In this document: positions 22,501 to 31,749 of the stretch, piece by piece | Numbering within the stretch: position 1 is the first letter of the stretch | How the letters are laid out: each line of letters opens with the position of its first letter | The notes under the pieces: model-generated | Told to the model about the DNA's origin: nothing | Seen by the model: the letters and a program-made list of their open reading frames with translations, nothing else | Database searches by the model: none | Made by a program: the position numbers and the translations under genes | Virus record (IMG/VR): IMGVR_UViG_3300034374_009411 | DNA: 64,000 nt | Origin: an uncultured virus (IMG/VR IMGVR_UViG_3300034374_009411) | Lineage: Duplodnaviria; Heunggongvirae; Uroviricota; Caudoviricetes | Strand: one strand, 5' to 3'

Positions 22501-25500
22501 TTTGTTTTTAGTTTTTGATTATTTCCTACTCCATAATCATTATATTTAATCAATTCAAAAATAGATTCAGATCCAATACCAACATACTGGTTTGTAGATC
22601 CTATAGAAACTTTTTGTGTTGATAAACCAATATAATGATTAGAATAAGGTACAACGTATAAAGAATCAACATCAGTAAGATCTTTTGTTGTTGCTGCATA
22701 AGATACATTTATTGGAGTATCTGTATCATTTATTATATAAGATACTTTATCATTCAATATAAATTTATGATTTGGTAAAAATATTGTATTTGGTATAGTA
22801 TCTTTTGTTTTTACAGGATCCAGTTCTGGAACATTTACATACAATAGTCCACTCTTACCCTCCGAACGTTGAAGGGTGGAAGCATAATTTTCGTAGTAAA
22901 GACTTAAATTTTCTCTCTCAACTTGAGCTCCCCAAATATAAAATGTTGGAGTTGAATTTAGGGTAAATCCTGCTGGACCGTAAGTACCAACTCTAAAATT
23001 GTGTGTCCCCGAAGAAGTAAGTTGCTTAAATGTATATCTTCTATACGTATTTGTTAAAGTTACTAATTGACCATAATATAAAATTCCATCATCAACTATT
23101 AAATAGACAGATTCTCCTCCTTCTTCACCCTTCAAAAATACCGAGAATACATTTTCTTCATTCGACAAGCTTACTCCATTATATCCATATAAAAAATAAT
23201 CAGAGTTTCCTGTAGTATTTGCGATACTAATTTTAGCTGCTTCTTTTTTATTTTCTATAGGAGATTCTTGTAAATAATCAATAGATCCAGTGATATTGGC
23301 ATCATCTTCCCAAGGAGTTCCTGGTAACTGTGATGATGAAATTGGATAAGAATATTCTAATAAATTCTCAGAATCTATTATAATAGATTCTTTAGGATTA
23401 AAATAATATTCAGAATTTGTATTGTATGATTTATCTGTAGATAATCCAGTATTAACTATTACTTTTCTTGGTAATTCCTCAATAATATCACCAGAAGAAT
23501 GTGTAGTAGAAATTGATCCAGCATAAGATCTTTCTATTTTTACAGTATAATTTTTACTGTAAATATTCAAAATTTTAAACAATTCTTCATTTGATTTATA
23601 TATATCACCAATAGATATTACAGATGTTAAGTCTCCATTGACTTTTAAATATGTGACTATGCCAGTTTGTGAAGAATTTTCTAAATCATTTAAAATAGTT
23701 AATCTATTACTCTTCTTAATTTCTAATGATTTGACAGGACCAATAAATTTTGTTGATATTATATTACAATTATCAATAATTGGTATATCCTGGTTTGTTA
23801 TATCTATAAAGTGACTAGAAATTCCTAAGTAATTACCATCAGTGTCTAATCTAGAATATTCAAAATCTGGATAAGTATCTTCACTAAATGTAATAGTACC
23901 TATTTCCCTACCACTAACCGATTTTACAATGGCAAAGGCATTACTTCCAAAAGTTCCTTCATTATTAAAATAAATTTCATCGCCTGCCGCATAATTTTCA
24001 CCACCTGAGATAATATCTAGTTTATCTACAGAACCAGAACTAGTATTAGTTATTTTTGGAAGTACATTTTTAAATGTTTCTGGACTTACCAACCCATCAT
24101 AGAATGTATTATCTTTAGAAAATCCAAAATATGATGTAAATCTAAACCAATTATCACTATCTACAGATTTTCTAGATAAATTTGAAAAATCTTCAAAATT
24201 ATATGGTATTGGTTTTGAATTAAAAGAATTTCCAATTACATAAGGAAATATTGGTTTTAAAAATCCATTATATGGACCACTAGACTCTTTAGTGGTATTA
24301 AAAGTTGAAAAATATGCATATACTCCGTTTGGAAACTCTGGAGTTTTACAAAATCTTCCGTTATTAATATCCAAATCTCCAGCATTAGTAAATACATAAT
24401 CCTCAATAAAATATCCAGTTGGAAAAATGCTTACTGGTGGTCTATTCTCCACTATTGGTCTTAATTCATATCCACTACTCAACTGTTTAATGGCACCACC
24501 TTCAATATTTTCATATCCATATGGACCATATATTGGATTTCCATCATATGCCCATCCAACTATGGGAGAGTGATATTTGATTGTATCCGAATCGTTAAGT
24601 AAATCTTGTTTAAATATTGGATTTCCTTCATTATCTAAGGATGATGCCAAACACTGCTCTCTAATTCCTCTTGGAGTAAATCCATGACCATAAGATAATT
24701 CTTTGGTAATATCTTTTGATTCATATATTATTCCATCATCATCATTTATTGATGATGTACTGAAAAGTTTTTCGACCAAATTTAAAGTCCAAGATTGGAT
24801 ATTGACATCAAAAGATACTCCAAATCCATTAGAAATTACTTCTATGAAAGTATCTTTCGTATATCCAAAACCTCCATTCAGAATAGTAACTGATTGTATT
24901 CTTCCATTAATTATAACAGGAGTTAAAATTGCATTAAATCCATCACCATAAATCTTGATCTCTGGGGCAGAGTTATAATTTGAGCCACCATCAATAACTG
25001 TTACTTCAATAATTCTTCCATCACTGGAAATAGTTGGTAATAATTTTGCATTTTCTCCATTGTATACATTAATAGTTGGTTTTCTATTATAATTGACAAT
25101 AGAATTATCACCATATCCACTACCAGGATTTTTTACTGAAGTTGAAAAAATTTCTCCAGTAAAGATAGGATTTAATTTTCCAGTAAATGTTTGACTACTA
25201 ACAGTGTTTATTCCTATAGGAGCTTCAACTTTTACTATTATTGGTGTATATGATACTCTGTGTTGACCACTTCCAAAATCTGAAAATGGAATACTTAATT
25301 TATTGTTGTAATTAAAGTCTTTATCAAAATCTGTTTGAAGTACTTCATATACTTTAAATTCATCATCATTTACTCTTCTTACAAAGTATTCTGATGTTGA
25401 TGATAATCCTGTAGGAAGAACACCATCACTATTAAAAATTACTACTTCCTTATCTAAAAATCCGTGATTTTTTATTTTAATTGTATCAAAATTCTTATTA

Positions 25501-28232
25501 ATATTGTTTGAATTAAAATATAAAATTTTATTTGTATAGTTTTGTCCAGAATCCAAAACATCAACAGAAGATATACTGTTTTTTGCAGTTACTGATGTGA
25601 TTTTATGGATACCATCTCCATAAGATGAAAATGTTATGGTGTTTATTCCAGAAACAGATTCTTCAAAACTATTATACAATTTTGCAGTTATTCCATCATT
25701 TGAAGTAATGTAATATATTGATCCATCTACTAATCCACCAACAGCATCTTGATTTAGAGTGTTATAAATAACAGCTTCATAATTTTTAAATCTATTGAAC
25801 TTTTTAAAGTCTATAGTGCCAGTAGATAGATTTAATTGATTATATAAGTTAGATGCGTTGAAAAACACTTCATTCTTTTTACTGGATAAATTGCATTTTA
25901 CTTTTGCACCAAAACCATTTCCACCACTAATGGTAACAATTGGTTCTGATTCATATCCAAATCCAGGATCGATTACATCAACTCTTTTTAGACCACCTCT
26001 AACATTAGCAGTTACCAGAGCGTCTGTCCCAAATCCAGAAGAACCTCCTTCCCCAACATTATCTACAATTTCTATTTTGGGTGGATTTATAACATCATAA
26101 TTAGAATCTCCTGGAGAAGATACAATAACTTCTACAATTTTCCCATAAAAAACTGTATCGGTAGATTTATAATTTAATAATTCTATTCCATTTAAAAAGC
26201 ACCCAGTAGACCCAGGACTTGTAATTTTCTCAGTATCTAGTGCTTCATTTGTTGGAGAATTGTATTTTCTTATTATGTCTTGTGGGTATAAAGTTTTATT
26301 ATAAAATTTTGTAAATATAAGCTTATTATTAGTTGCCGTTCCAAATAGACTTAAGAAATTTTCGGATCTAATATTTGATCTACTGGAAGCTAATTTTATA
26401 GTGCTATCATTAACTCTCTTTATAAAATATTGACCTTCTGGTATGTTAAGTCCAGAATTTCCATCATAAGTGTAATATATAGAATCACCACTAAGAAATG
26501 GATGATTTCCAATTATTAATTCTTCAGTTGGGACTGGTAATACCTTTGAAAATTTTATTGTTAGTGTATTATCACCAACATCTCTTGATAGATAACTTGG
26601 TAATTGTGAAGAAGTTATATAAGTCTCATCTTTATCAATATAAACATTTTGAATGTTACTAGAAACTATATTTAAGTTGGAATTGAAAAGAAATTTTGGT
26701 TTAGAAATATTTCTTTTGATAGTATATTTTTTATTTGTATCCAAAGAAGCAGTAATATTGATATCAAAAACTCTTTTATTTGAAAAACTTATAACAAAAT
26801 TAGAATACTCTTCTCCAGAACTACTGTTTAATGTAAATACATCTCCTGCCCTAAAAAGATTATCATCAAAAGTTTCTACTCTATATTGAGAAATCCCATT
26901 TAATTTTTCCGATACTTTAAATAAAGACTTAACATTATATGTTGGACCAACATTTAAAAACCAAGTATTGTGGATTTGTTTTGTACTTTCTTTCCCCAAT
27001 GCTGTAATATTAACATTGTCATCTTCCTCATAAAAATAACTTTCTTCTCTATCATAACTAATATCTCCAAGAACACCCCTTACCCTTACTGTTATTATCT
27101 CATCATTATCATTGAATGAATATGCAAAATGATTATCTAATATATTAGTACCAGATTTTATATCCACTGGTAAAGTTAAGTTAAAAAATTGATTATCATT
27201 TTTTCCATTATATTCTACTTTAGTTAAAACACCATTATTATAAAACTCAATAAAACCAGAGTCATCAAATCCTAAAGTAGAGTCTACATCCAAATATGTT
27301 TGTCCAGCAACTGCATTATCAGTAACTTTTGTTTTGGCATGAACAGAAAAATTGAAGAATTCTATATCTGGATTATAGTCTAATGTTAATGAATAAAATT
27401 CTGCACCTTCACTAATAACAAGCTCTGATGTTATGATAGTAGCAAAAGCACTTTTCTCTACACCATTAACGTCTTCGAACAAGGTTCTACCAGCAAGATC
27501 CAGAGGATCTCCCTCATAAGGTTCAACAACAATTTTTCTTGTTACTCTAAAGTCAGCATCTGATGATTGAATTAGATAATCTCTTGGTTTTATTATTTTA
27601 CTTTCTACACCCCATACAATATTGAATAATATTTCAAATGATCTATCAGTTCCCCTTGAAGAATAAAAATCCTTAATTCTAGATACTAATATTTTTTCAT
27701 TTAATTCTTGATAAAAATCAATTTCTTCAAATCCAGGTGTGTATTGTGATTTGAATTTTTTATATAACTCAAATAAAAACAGAGCATTTAAATTATATAC
27801 AACAGTATTTGCTGTATGATCTTTTTTAAATGAAGTGGAAAATTTGAAATTGTCTTTGGTATATCCAGTTATACCACTAAATCCTCTTTTACAACCCAAA
27901 AATTCAGTCTTTGTTTTTTTATCATAAAATATAATTTCATCATCAATTTTAATTAAACCATTTTTAAAAGGAAATCCATCAGTATTTGTAACACTAATTG
28001 AATTTGAATTTGCAACAATATTAGAAGATAATTCAGTGTAAAATACAAGTTCAGATATATTCTCTAGTTTTGTGTAATCATTAATATTATTGAGAATATT
28101 TGTTGGACCACCAGAGGACTCTAAAGACTTATAATAATCCTTTAAGAGTTGTATGAAGTCCGAATAAGACTCTTTTACGTAAGATGGTTGCTGATCTGTG
28201 ACTAAATTTTGAATTTGTACTCTATTTTTCAT
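16533..28232 (-). CDS. gp7: Baseplate wedge initiator, very large multidomain form
   Basis: 3899 aa between gp6 and gp8; IKDFYSSRGT..SF, DNDYYQYFSYSVKS, H.VGFK; many beta-repeat domains. Confidence 0.88.
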   Translation of the reverse strand: MKNRVQIQNLVTDQQPSYVKESYSDFIQLLKDYYKSLESSGGPTNILNNINDYTKLENISELVFYTELSSNIVANSNSISVTNTDGFPFKNGLIKIDDEIIFYDKKTKTEFLGCKRGFSGITGYTKDNFKFSTSFKKDHTANTVVYNLNALFLFELYKKFKSQYTPGFEEIDFYQELNEKILVSRIKDFYSSRGTDRSFEILFNIVWGVESKIIKPRDYLIQSSDADFRVTRKIVVEPYEGDPLDLAGRTLFEDVNGVEKSAFATIITSELVISEGAEFYSLTLDYNPDIEFFNFSVHAKTKVTDNAVAGQTYLDVDSTLGFDDSGFIEFYNNGVLTKVEYNGKNDNQFFNLTLPVDIKSGTNILDNHFAYSFNDNDEIITVRVRGVLGDISYDREESYFYEEDDNVNITALGKESTKQIHNTWFLNVGPTYNVKSLFKVSEKLNGISQYRVETFDDNLFRAGDVFTLNSSSGEEYSNFVISFSNKRVFDINITASLDTNKKYTIKRNISKPKFLFNSNLNIVSSNIQNVYIDKDETYITSSQLPSYLSRDVGDNTLTIKFSKVLPVPTEELIIGNHPFLSGDSIYYTYDGNSGLNIPEGQYFIKRVNDSTIKLASSRSNIRSENFLSLFGTATNNKLIFTKFYNKTLYPQDIIRKYNSPTNEALDTEKITSPGSTGCFLNGIELLNYKSTDTVFYGKIVEVIVSSPGDSNYDVINPPKIEIVDNVGEGGSSGFGTDALVTANVRGGLKRVDVIDPGFGYESEPIVTISGGNGFGAKVKCNLSSKKNEVFFNASNLYNQLNLSTGTIDFKKFNRFKNYEAVIYNTLNQDAVGGLVDGSIYYITSNDGITAKLYNSFEESVSGINTITFSSYGDGIHKITSVTAKNSISSVDVLDSGQNYTNKILYFNSNNINKNFDTIKIKNHGFLDKEVVIFNSDGVLPTGLSSTSEYFVRRVNDDEFKVYEVLQTDFDKDFNYNNKLSIPFSDFGSGQHRVSYTPIIVKVEAPIGINTVSSQTFTGKLNPIFTGEIFSTSVKNPGSGYGDNSIVNYNRKPTINVYNGENAKLLPTISSDGRIIEVTVIDGGSNYNSAPEIKIYGDGFNAILTPVIINGRIQSVTILNGGFGYTKDTFIEVISNGFGVSFDVNIQSWTLNLVEKLFSTSSINDDDGIIYESKDITKELSYGHGFTPRGIREQCLASSLDNEGNPIFKQDLLNDSDTIKYHSPIVGWAYDGNPIYGPYGYENIEGGAIKQLSSGYELRPIVENRPPVSIFPTGYFIEDYVFTNAGDLDINNGRFCKTPEFPNGVYAYFSTFNTTKESSGPYNGFLKPIFPYVIGNSFNSKPIPYNFEDFSNLSRKSVDSDNWFRFTSYFGFSKDNTFYDGLVSPETFKNVLPKITNTSSGSVDKLDIISGGENYAAGDEIYFNNEGTFGSNAFAIVKSVSGREIGTITFSEDTYPDFEYSRLDTDGNYLGISSHFIDITNQDIPIIDNCNIISTKFIGPVKSLEIKKSNRLTILNDLENSSQTGIVTYLKVNGDLTSVISIGDIYKSNEELFKILNIYSKNYTVKIERSYAGSISTTHSSGDIIEELPRKVIVNTGLSTDKSYNTNSEYYFNPKESIIIDSENLLEYSYPISSSQLPGTPWEDDANITGSIDYLQESPIENKKEAAKISIANTTGNSDYFLYGYNGVSLSNEENVFSVFLKGEEGGESVYLIVDDGILYYGQLVTLTNTYRRYTFKQLTSSGTHNFRVGTYGPAGFTLNSTPTFYIWGAQVERENLSLYYENYASTLQRSEGKSGLLYVNVPELDPVKTKDTIPNTIFLPNHKFILNDKVSYIINDTDTPINVSYAATTKDLTDVDSLYVVPYSNHYIGLSTQKVSIGSTNQYVGIGSESIFELIKYNDYGVGNNQKLKTNRDDVIQSSIVKKYANIITKSPHGLVAGNEIDLSLSSNKTRTIKVSYDNLVYRTLVNKTEFSSSDVDIDLNTITINNHQFKTGDKVIYNSESPSIGLINSGIYYIISINSNTIALSTKYYSDISELDSSILVNIGSQQDGSISLINPELKFYKNENIIFDLSDRSLQYNEDPSFKFEFYTDVNFTNKYYSSSDKTDTFNVTYVGDIGSDGAYVQIKIDSDTPKTLYYKLTPINLPNTPVTKLNLKVDFSNIKNSSSIQILDSVYSGKSNISGITTTSFIIPLDSDPEQSSYSENDGIITYKSIYGTGPIAEVSLVSQGRNYRTLPYVTKVVSSQGSGAIFLPFSKSIGKIDNIKLLNLGLDYPSDKTLRPSAIFPSTYKIEPLSKFKKIKISSFGTNYFVPPQLVVIDGFTGRVNTEARLRYDIGDTEVNIIRNTTGLYNVTPKILPVNNPNGIRISNITFDSITNDVTVAFAVTFANASDFPFNVGDNVIIENTNIDLNIGGKGYNSSSYGYSLFKVKQSDPNIGGEFPSIVYNISDVLKVGESPGVYDEFESFGTATPESYFPIFDITLEKGSFNENELVIYEDNVGVVERYDQNNEYIKIRTNKKFSPGDIIYGQSSKNLALISSAFGSEGDYKVSSSSIVREGWKKETGKLNTFFQRLSDNDYYQYFSYSVKSPLDFTVWNPLVSNLTHTVGFKKFSDLILEPSDNDLYRMPTEQDDNVVVAISDLTESVNLNAVKDFDIAREKSIKVDESLVSNEILFNLPFLAEYREFIGNRVLTIDDISDQFDSNTKSFGIFEKNNPIFEVEFDGTDSNVVLVDQNNINLGNHYFVSGEEVEYIPHDENPNNGIQISPINWPGIGITSRLPSRFYIIKEDNQKISIAATVGDSLQFNPNRVDIVGVGAGVTHRIRSIDANNRLLITINGAIQSPLVGSGYTIATSSSIGIGDTNISVNTIDFIKSGDLLEIDNEIVLVKSVNKSLNQINVDRSVVGTKEDTHNSNQIISKLSGNFNIVGNNLNFSEGIWGKIPVGFGTTATSANEIDYTGLTTSSKFSGRVFLRSALNFLYTNDFDKAYDNNYVYDDITTQFNGISTTFNLSYEGNNITNIPYTNTILLIDGIFQGPQRISTPKYSIYGDYKLFVDGGNLKVGFNLNPTDPTITKDVNVNRLPKGGIIVSVGSTEGFGYQPLVSAGGTAIINPLGVLTSVAIGNTGSGYRSGLQTVKVGVRTDSDTIVYFGEAVVNGGYVTSVNITNSLSGYDQSNPPEVIFDAPLSYTNLPLIYSQGSSGIGTEATVDLVPSNDGTIRSFEIKNYGYGYNENDLLTVSIGGTVGIPTLTGISNFEHFELNVTEVFRSKFSGWNVGEFIILDDISKYFNGVRRLFPLQIDGEDISFYAKTSSGISLQSNLLVFVNDVLQTPGEGYQFNGGSRIRFTEAPKGQLVGFSTVGDTVKILAYTGTSEIDVRLVRVLPSVKVGDNVQIFSDVDSNLTQEERLVVDVKSADTIITNNYANVGVVLDELYERPISWIKQEQDIIIDNSFIGKDRVYYEPIINPTTNILNSIAITSEHVYVFDTSLFNISREGIEPTEQRRIEIIPTDQLISAEAEVVLNTNGTIDSINVTNPGFGYTAAPEITIQKPFIDGSQATAFALMSGSSVNSVNVSYGGTNYYNGPIKTLSIYSQGSGFPPLFGGETIMTSAKLHTVTGVGRNATVDISVNSETSITSLTSINDKGVNYSVGDILELKVYDNVGLASSYRRWPLENSIKFIVNEIEPPPILIAPPWRNTEESIFVNYYGDYGVIVGFDTSRISESTNQYFLGLDLFIPMDSDLRKNGVYDVGITTGDYFNITHTVFGDPSGGRVSLPSGFTAQTGPLPDPVGISTIFTDMVVQCYDWSEKIVTIPSGISGLPVGITTTVKNVIVILSNLAPGQNPSNTGFNSVELFGNYVWGKVDLTRRLRAKPFTAFSENQSGIGTNPILRRKLPLKYDGYFV

Positions 28233-28236
28233 GTCT

Positions 28237-30144
28237 TTATATTCTTACTAAGTCTTCGTTTAAGTAACTAGATGTAACTATATATCCTGATCCAGAAAGA
28301 TCAGTTCCTGAACTGATAGTATCGTTTATTAAATTTACAGTTGAAGATGTTGTATCTAACTGTAGGTATAGGTCTTGTTTTCCTATAATATCATTTGATT
28401 CTGGAGTAGCTGATATTTCTATTATTTTATCTCCAGCAGCATTTAATTTTGTGGTTGAGATTATGTTTAAGTAATTTAAATTAATCTCACCAGTTTTATA
28501 ATTTATATTTCCTACCTTATTCTTTACTACTACTGGACTATTTTTTGACTGCAATCGGAATATAAAGAGATCCCCATTAACATCATCTATAGGTTTATCT
28601 GCCAGATACACCACTCCAGATATGTCACTGACAGTAAATCCACTTGATTTTATGTTATAACCCGTTTTTCTTTTTATATAGAAAGAATTACCAAAGCAAA
28701 TTTCATACTGTGTAGTTGTACCTTCAGTTATTTTTAGATCTCTTCTAATTGAAATTTTTGTAATATTTGATGTTATTGATTCTGACGTATCATCAATCAA
28801 CTTTAAAAATTTACTGTATTTGAATCTAGATCCATAACTATTTAATTCTTTAGATTTTGAATATAATTCTAAGTTATTCTGTATCTTGTCCTTAATCGTG
28901 TTAGCATAACCTCGATTTATATTATAATAAACTGAAGAATTGTATTCAATATAAAGATATTTTAAATCAATAAATTCTGGTATGATTCCAGCAACCGAAT
29001 ATTTTTTTAATTTTTGTTTTAATGAGTCTTTTAGTAAATTTGATAGATAAGTTCCATTTCTAGGTTTTACAGTAATAAAGACTTTTCCATATTGTGGAGG
29101 ATTTAGTTCTTCTCCACCAAAAACAGCAACTGATTCTGTTTCTGGATAAATTAAAGGAACTATAGTTTCATAATCTGACGCTGTTACTGCCCTATTTTGA
29201 CTTGCATATAATCTAGGAGCGAATTTTTTTATTGATGATATTGATTCTATGGGTGATCCATAGTCACTAAATTCTATTGTTGTTAATATAGGAACATCGA
29301 TATTAAGAGGATTTCCATTATTATCTGTTAATATTCCATTAAATTCAAAAGATCTAACTCCATTAGCAAGTTCTCCTTTAGTCTTAATATAAGACACTAT
29401 AATAAAGTTTTTATCTGAAAGAGCACTGCCAAATGTCCCATCACCAAATATTAATTCATACTTACTATCTTCAATTTCATTGATAAAGAATACTTTATCT
29501 GAAGATTTTACATTTGTAATATTATCTGCAAATTTATAAATTATAGAATTGCTGCTAGTCTTGCTATCCCTTACAGTTACTCTTATTGTATTTGTATCTA
29601 TGTTATTATTGGATAATATAAATCTTTGATTCTTACTTAATGAATCTACAGTAAAAGTCTCCTCAATATAGTTACCTTCAAAAATATCAACATCTTTAAA
29701 TTCTGCTAATTTTCCAGATACTCTAGATCTAATATCATCTGGAATTGAATATACAAAACTATTTAAAAGTGATCCATCAGATGAAGAAGCTATAATTCCT
29801 TTTTTTACAACAACTGAAATCGGATTCTGATCATATTCTGTTAAATCGACATAAAAAGATACCCTTGCTTTAGAGCACCTAACGGATCTTGGCAAATAAC
29901 CAATATTTCTTGCAATAGATACTACGTTTTCTCTTAAAGTTGCTCCGTCTAAGAATACTTCATTAGTCAACATATTAGCATTGTAAGAGCTAATATATGT
30001 GTTGTATGCTAAAGTATCTAAAAGAACTCTAAAATTAGATCCTTCAAAATCATAATCCGTAAATCTACCATCAGCTCTTAAAAAACTTTTGATAGATTCA
30101 CGTATATCATTGAAGTCTAGTGATGATACGTTAACTAATGACAT
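28237..30144 (-). CDS. gp6: Baseplate wedge subunit
   Basis: LDFNDI...FTDYDFEGS...LAYNT...QNRAVTASDY. Confidence 0.95.
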   Translation of the reverse strand: MSLVNVSSLDFNDIRESIKSFLRADGRFTDYDFEGSNFRVLLDTLAYNTYISSYNANMLTNEVFLDGATLRENVVSIARNIGYLPRSVRCSKARVSFYVDLTEYDQNPISVVVKKGIIASSSDGSLLNSFVYSIPDDIRSRVSGKLAEFKDVDIFEGNYIEETFTVDSLSKNQRFILSNNNIDTNTIRVTVRDSKTSSNSIIYKFADNITNVKSSDKVFFINEIEDSKYELIFGDGTFGSALSDKNFIIVSYIKTKGELANGVRSFEFNGILTDNNGNPLNIDVPILTTIEFSDYGSPIESISSIKKFAPRLYASQNRAVTASDYETIVPLIYPETESVAVFGGEELNPPQYGKVFITVKPRNGTYLSNLLKDSLKQKLKKYSVAGIIPEFIDLKYLYIEYNSSVYYNINRGYANTIKDKIQNNLELYSKSKELNSYGSRFKYSKFLKLIDDTSESITSNITKISIRRDLKITEGTTTQYEICFGNSFYIKRKTGYNIKSSGFTVSDISGVVYLADKPIDDVNGDLFIFRLQSKNSPVVVKNKVGNINYKTGEINLNYLNIISTTKLNAAGDKIIEISATPESNDIIGKQDLYLQLDTTSSTVNLINDTISSGTDLSGSGYIVTSSYLNEDLVRI

Positions 30145-30546
30145 TTATCTTGTGGGTAGTAATATGAATGATAACTGCTGAGGAGAAGATTCAATGCCAA
30201 TAATTAAATATTCTATATCCACATTTAGTTGGTTTAAATCATAATCTGGTATTACAACTACATTTAAAAGTTTTACTCTAGGTTCGTTATTTTTTATAAC
30301 AACTTCAATTTCTCTTTTTACATCATTAACTAGATCTTGTGAAATATTCTCAAATAGTAAACGACTCAATAAAGACCCTATTTCTGGTTCAAAAAACTTC
30401 TCACCCTTTGATGTGAATACTAAATTTTTAATAGAGCGTGCTATCGCATCTTGATTTCTCAATACAACAATGTCTTTTGTTAAAGGATTTCTTTTGAGAG
30501 AAAGGCTTATATCCTTAAACCCAGAACTGACACGCTCTATTGGCAT
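30145..30546 (-). CDS. gp25: Baseplate wedge subunit / sheath initiator
   Basis: AIARSIKNLVFT..GEKFFEPEIGS...EPRV. Confidence 0.95.
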   Translation of the reverse strand: MPIERVSSGFKDISLSLKRNPLTKDIVVLRNQDAIARSIKNLVFTSKGEKFFEPEIGSLLSRLLFENISQDLVNDVKREIEVVIKNNEPRVKLLNVVVIPDYDLNQLNVDIEYLIIGIESSPQQLSFILLPTR

Positions 30547-30568
30547 TGTAGTAGGTATAGTTATGCTT

Positions 30569-30576
30569 TATTTATA
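30569..30576 (-). promoter_or_regulatory. T4 late promoter TATAAATA
   Basis: Exact consensus 22 nt upstream of the gp25 ATG. Confidence 0.85.
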
Positions 30577-30585
30577 CCTATTTTT

Positions 30586-30849
30586 TTACCATTCATGTCC
30601 CCAAGTAGGTTCTGTGCCATATGACCAATCATCATAGTCATTATCGTTACGAATTTTTTCGTGAATTTCATTTTGATGTTCAAAGTCATGCTTTTTTGGA
30701 GTGATATCATCTTCAACTATCTCCCTAAGCATTCTTTTTTCCGTATTTGATTGCAATTTTTTTGCTAATGAACCATAATCTGTTATTAATGCTTCGGTTC
30801 CCCACATTTCCATCATGTATTCTTGATTACGATCTGCTGGTTGTCCCAT
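30586..30849 (-). CDS. Hypothetical protein
   Basis: 87 aa; SD CAGGAG upstream. Confidence 0.8.
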   Translation of the reverse strand: MGQPADRNQEYMMEMWGTEALITDYGSLAKKLQSNTEKRMLREIVEDDITPKKHDFEHQNEIHEKIRNDNDYDDWSYGTEPTWGHEW

Positions 30850-30903
30850 TTTTGCTCCTGATTGTTTAGATCAGAACTTTTTACGGGGTTGCTATCCCGT
30901 GAT

Positions 30904-31407
30904 TTATGTCCAGTGATTGTTTGGTTGTTCCCACCAGTAATGCAAATCTTCTATATTATCATTATAGTATAGTGAAACCATATCACTTTGGAATTTACTA
31001 TTGATATTTTCACATAATGCGACTGTATAATAGTTTTTTTCAGTATATTTTTTCATTATCTCTGTAATCCAGGTATAAGTTCCACCTTTAATTACACCTG
31101 CTTCTATCAAAACAAAGTTTTGCCAGTCTAAAACCCATTCAATATAGTTTAATTCAAAATTAATTTGATATTTTTTGGGGTCTTCGTCTGGAAATGGTAC
31201 GTTTACCGCTTCAATATGAAAAATCTCCCGCCCCATTGACAATGAGTGCGAGAGATGTTGAGTTACAATACTTGAATAATCAGGAGAAACGCACAAGAAG
31301 CAAGTTTTACTTGGATGAATGTCCCAATTGGACATTTTAATCTTATACGTTAACTCCTGAATCAGTGCTAATTCTTTGTCTTGAGATATAAACTTCAAAT
31401 TTTTCAT
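30904..31407 (-). CDS. Putative phosphoribosyltransferase-fold protein
   Basis: FVLIEAGVIKGGTY resembles a degenerate PRPP-binding loop; late-promoter-like ATAAATA at about 31433-31440. Confidence 0.55.
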   Translation of the reverse strand: MKNLKFISQDKELALIQELTYKIKMSNWDIHPSKTCFLCVSPDYSSIVTQHLSHSLSMGREIFHIEAVNVPFPDEDPKKYQINFELNYIEWVLDWQNFVLIEAGVIKGGTYTWITEIMKKYTEKNYYTVALCENINSKFQSDMVSLYYNDNIEDLHYWWEQPNNHWT

Positions 31408-31435
31408 TCTAATTTAACCCAAGACTATGTTTTAT

Positions 31436-31576
31436 TTATTTTCCTTGACCCCTATACCGTTTACGTGCTGCATTACGGGATGATGCTGCATATTTGGTAT
31501 GCTGCCCTTGCCCTTGACGAGTTTTTTTGGGTTTGGATTCAATTTTAGTGTTACCAGAAGTCCTACGAGTTGCCAT
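31436..31576 (-). CDS. Small very basic protein (46 aa)
   Basis: Below the track cutoff; hand translation MATRRTSGNTKIESKPKKTRQGQGQHTKYAASSRNAARKRYRGQGK. Confidence 0.8.
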   Translation of the reverse strand: MATRRTSGNTKIESKPKKTRQGQGQHTKYAASSRNAARKRYRGQGK

Positions 31577-31581
31577 AATTT

Positions 31582-31749
31582 TTAATCAAATAAAGGATCA
31601 AGTTCAATAAGTTCAGGGTCAATGTCTGCACCTGAATAAAATTGCTCAGATAGGTCTTGTATTATATCCGAGCAATCGTCGAATGAGAGGTTTTTGTAAA
31701 TTACTCGACCATTATAGCATAAGTTATAACGGCCTTGTGAATTACTCAT
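31582..31749 (-). CDS. Hypothetical protein
   Basis: Probable start MSNSQG at 31749, overlapping the previous stop (track start 31800). Confidence 0.7.
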   Translation of the reverse strand: MSNSQGRYNLCYNGRVIYKNLSFDDCSDIIQDLSEQFYSGADIDPELIELDPLFD

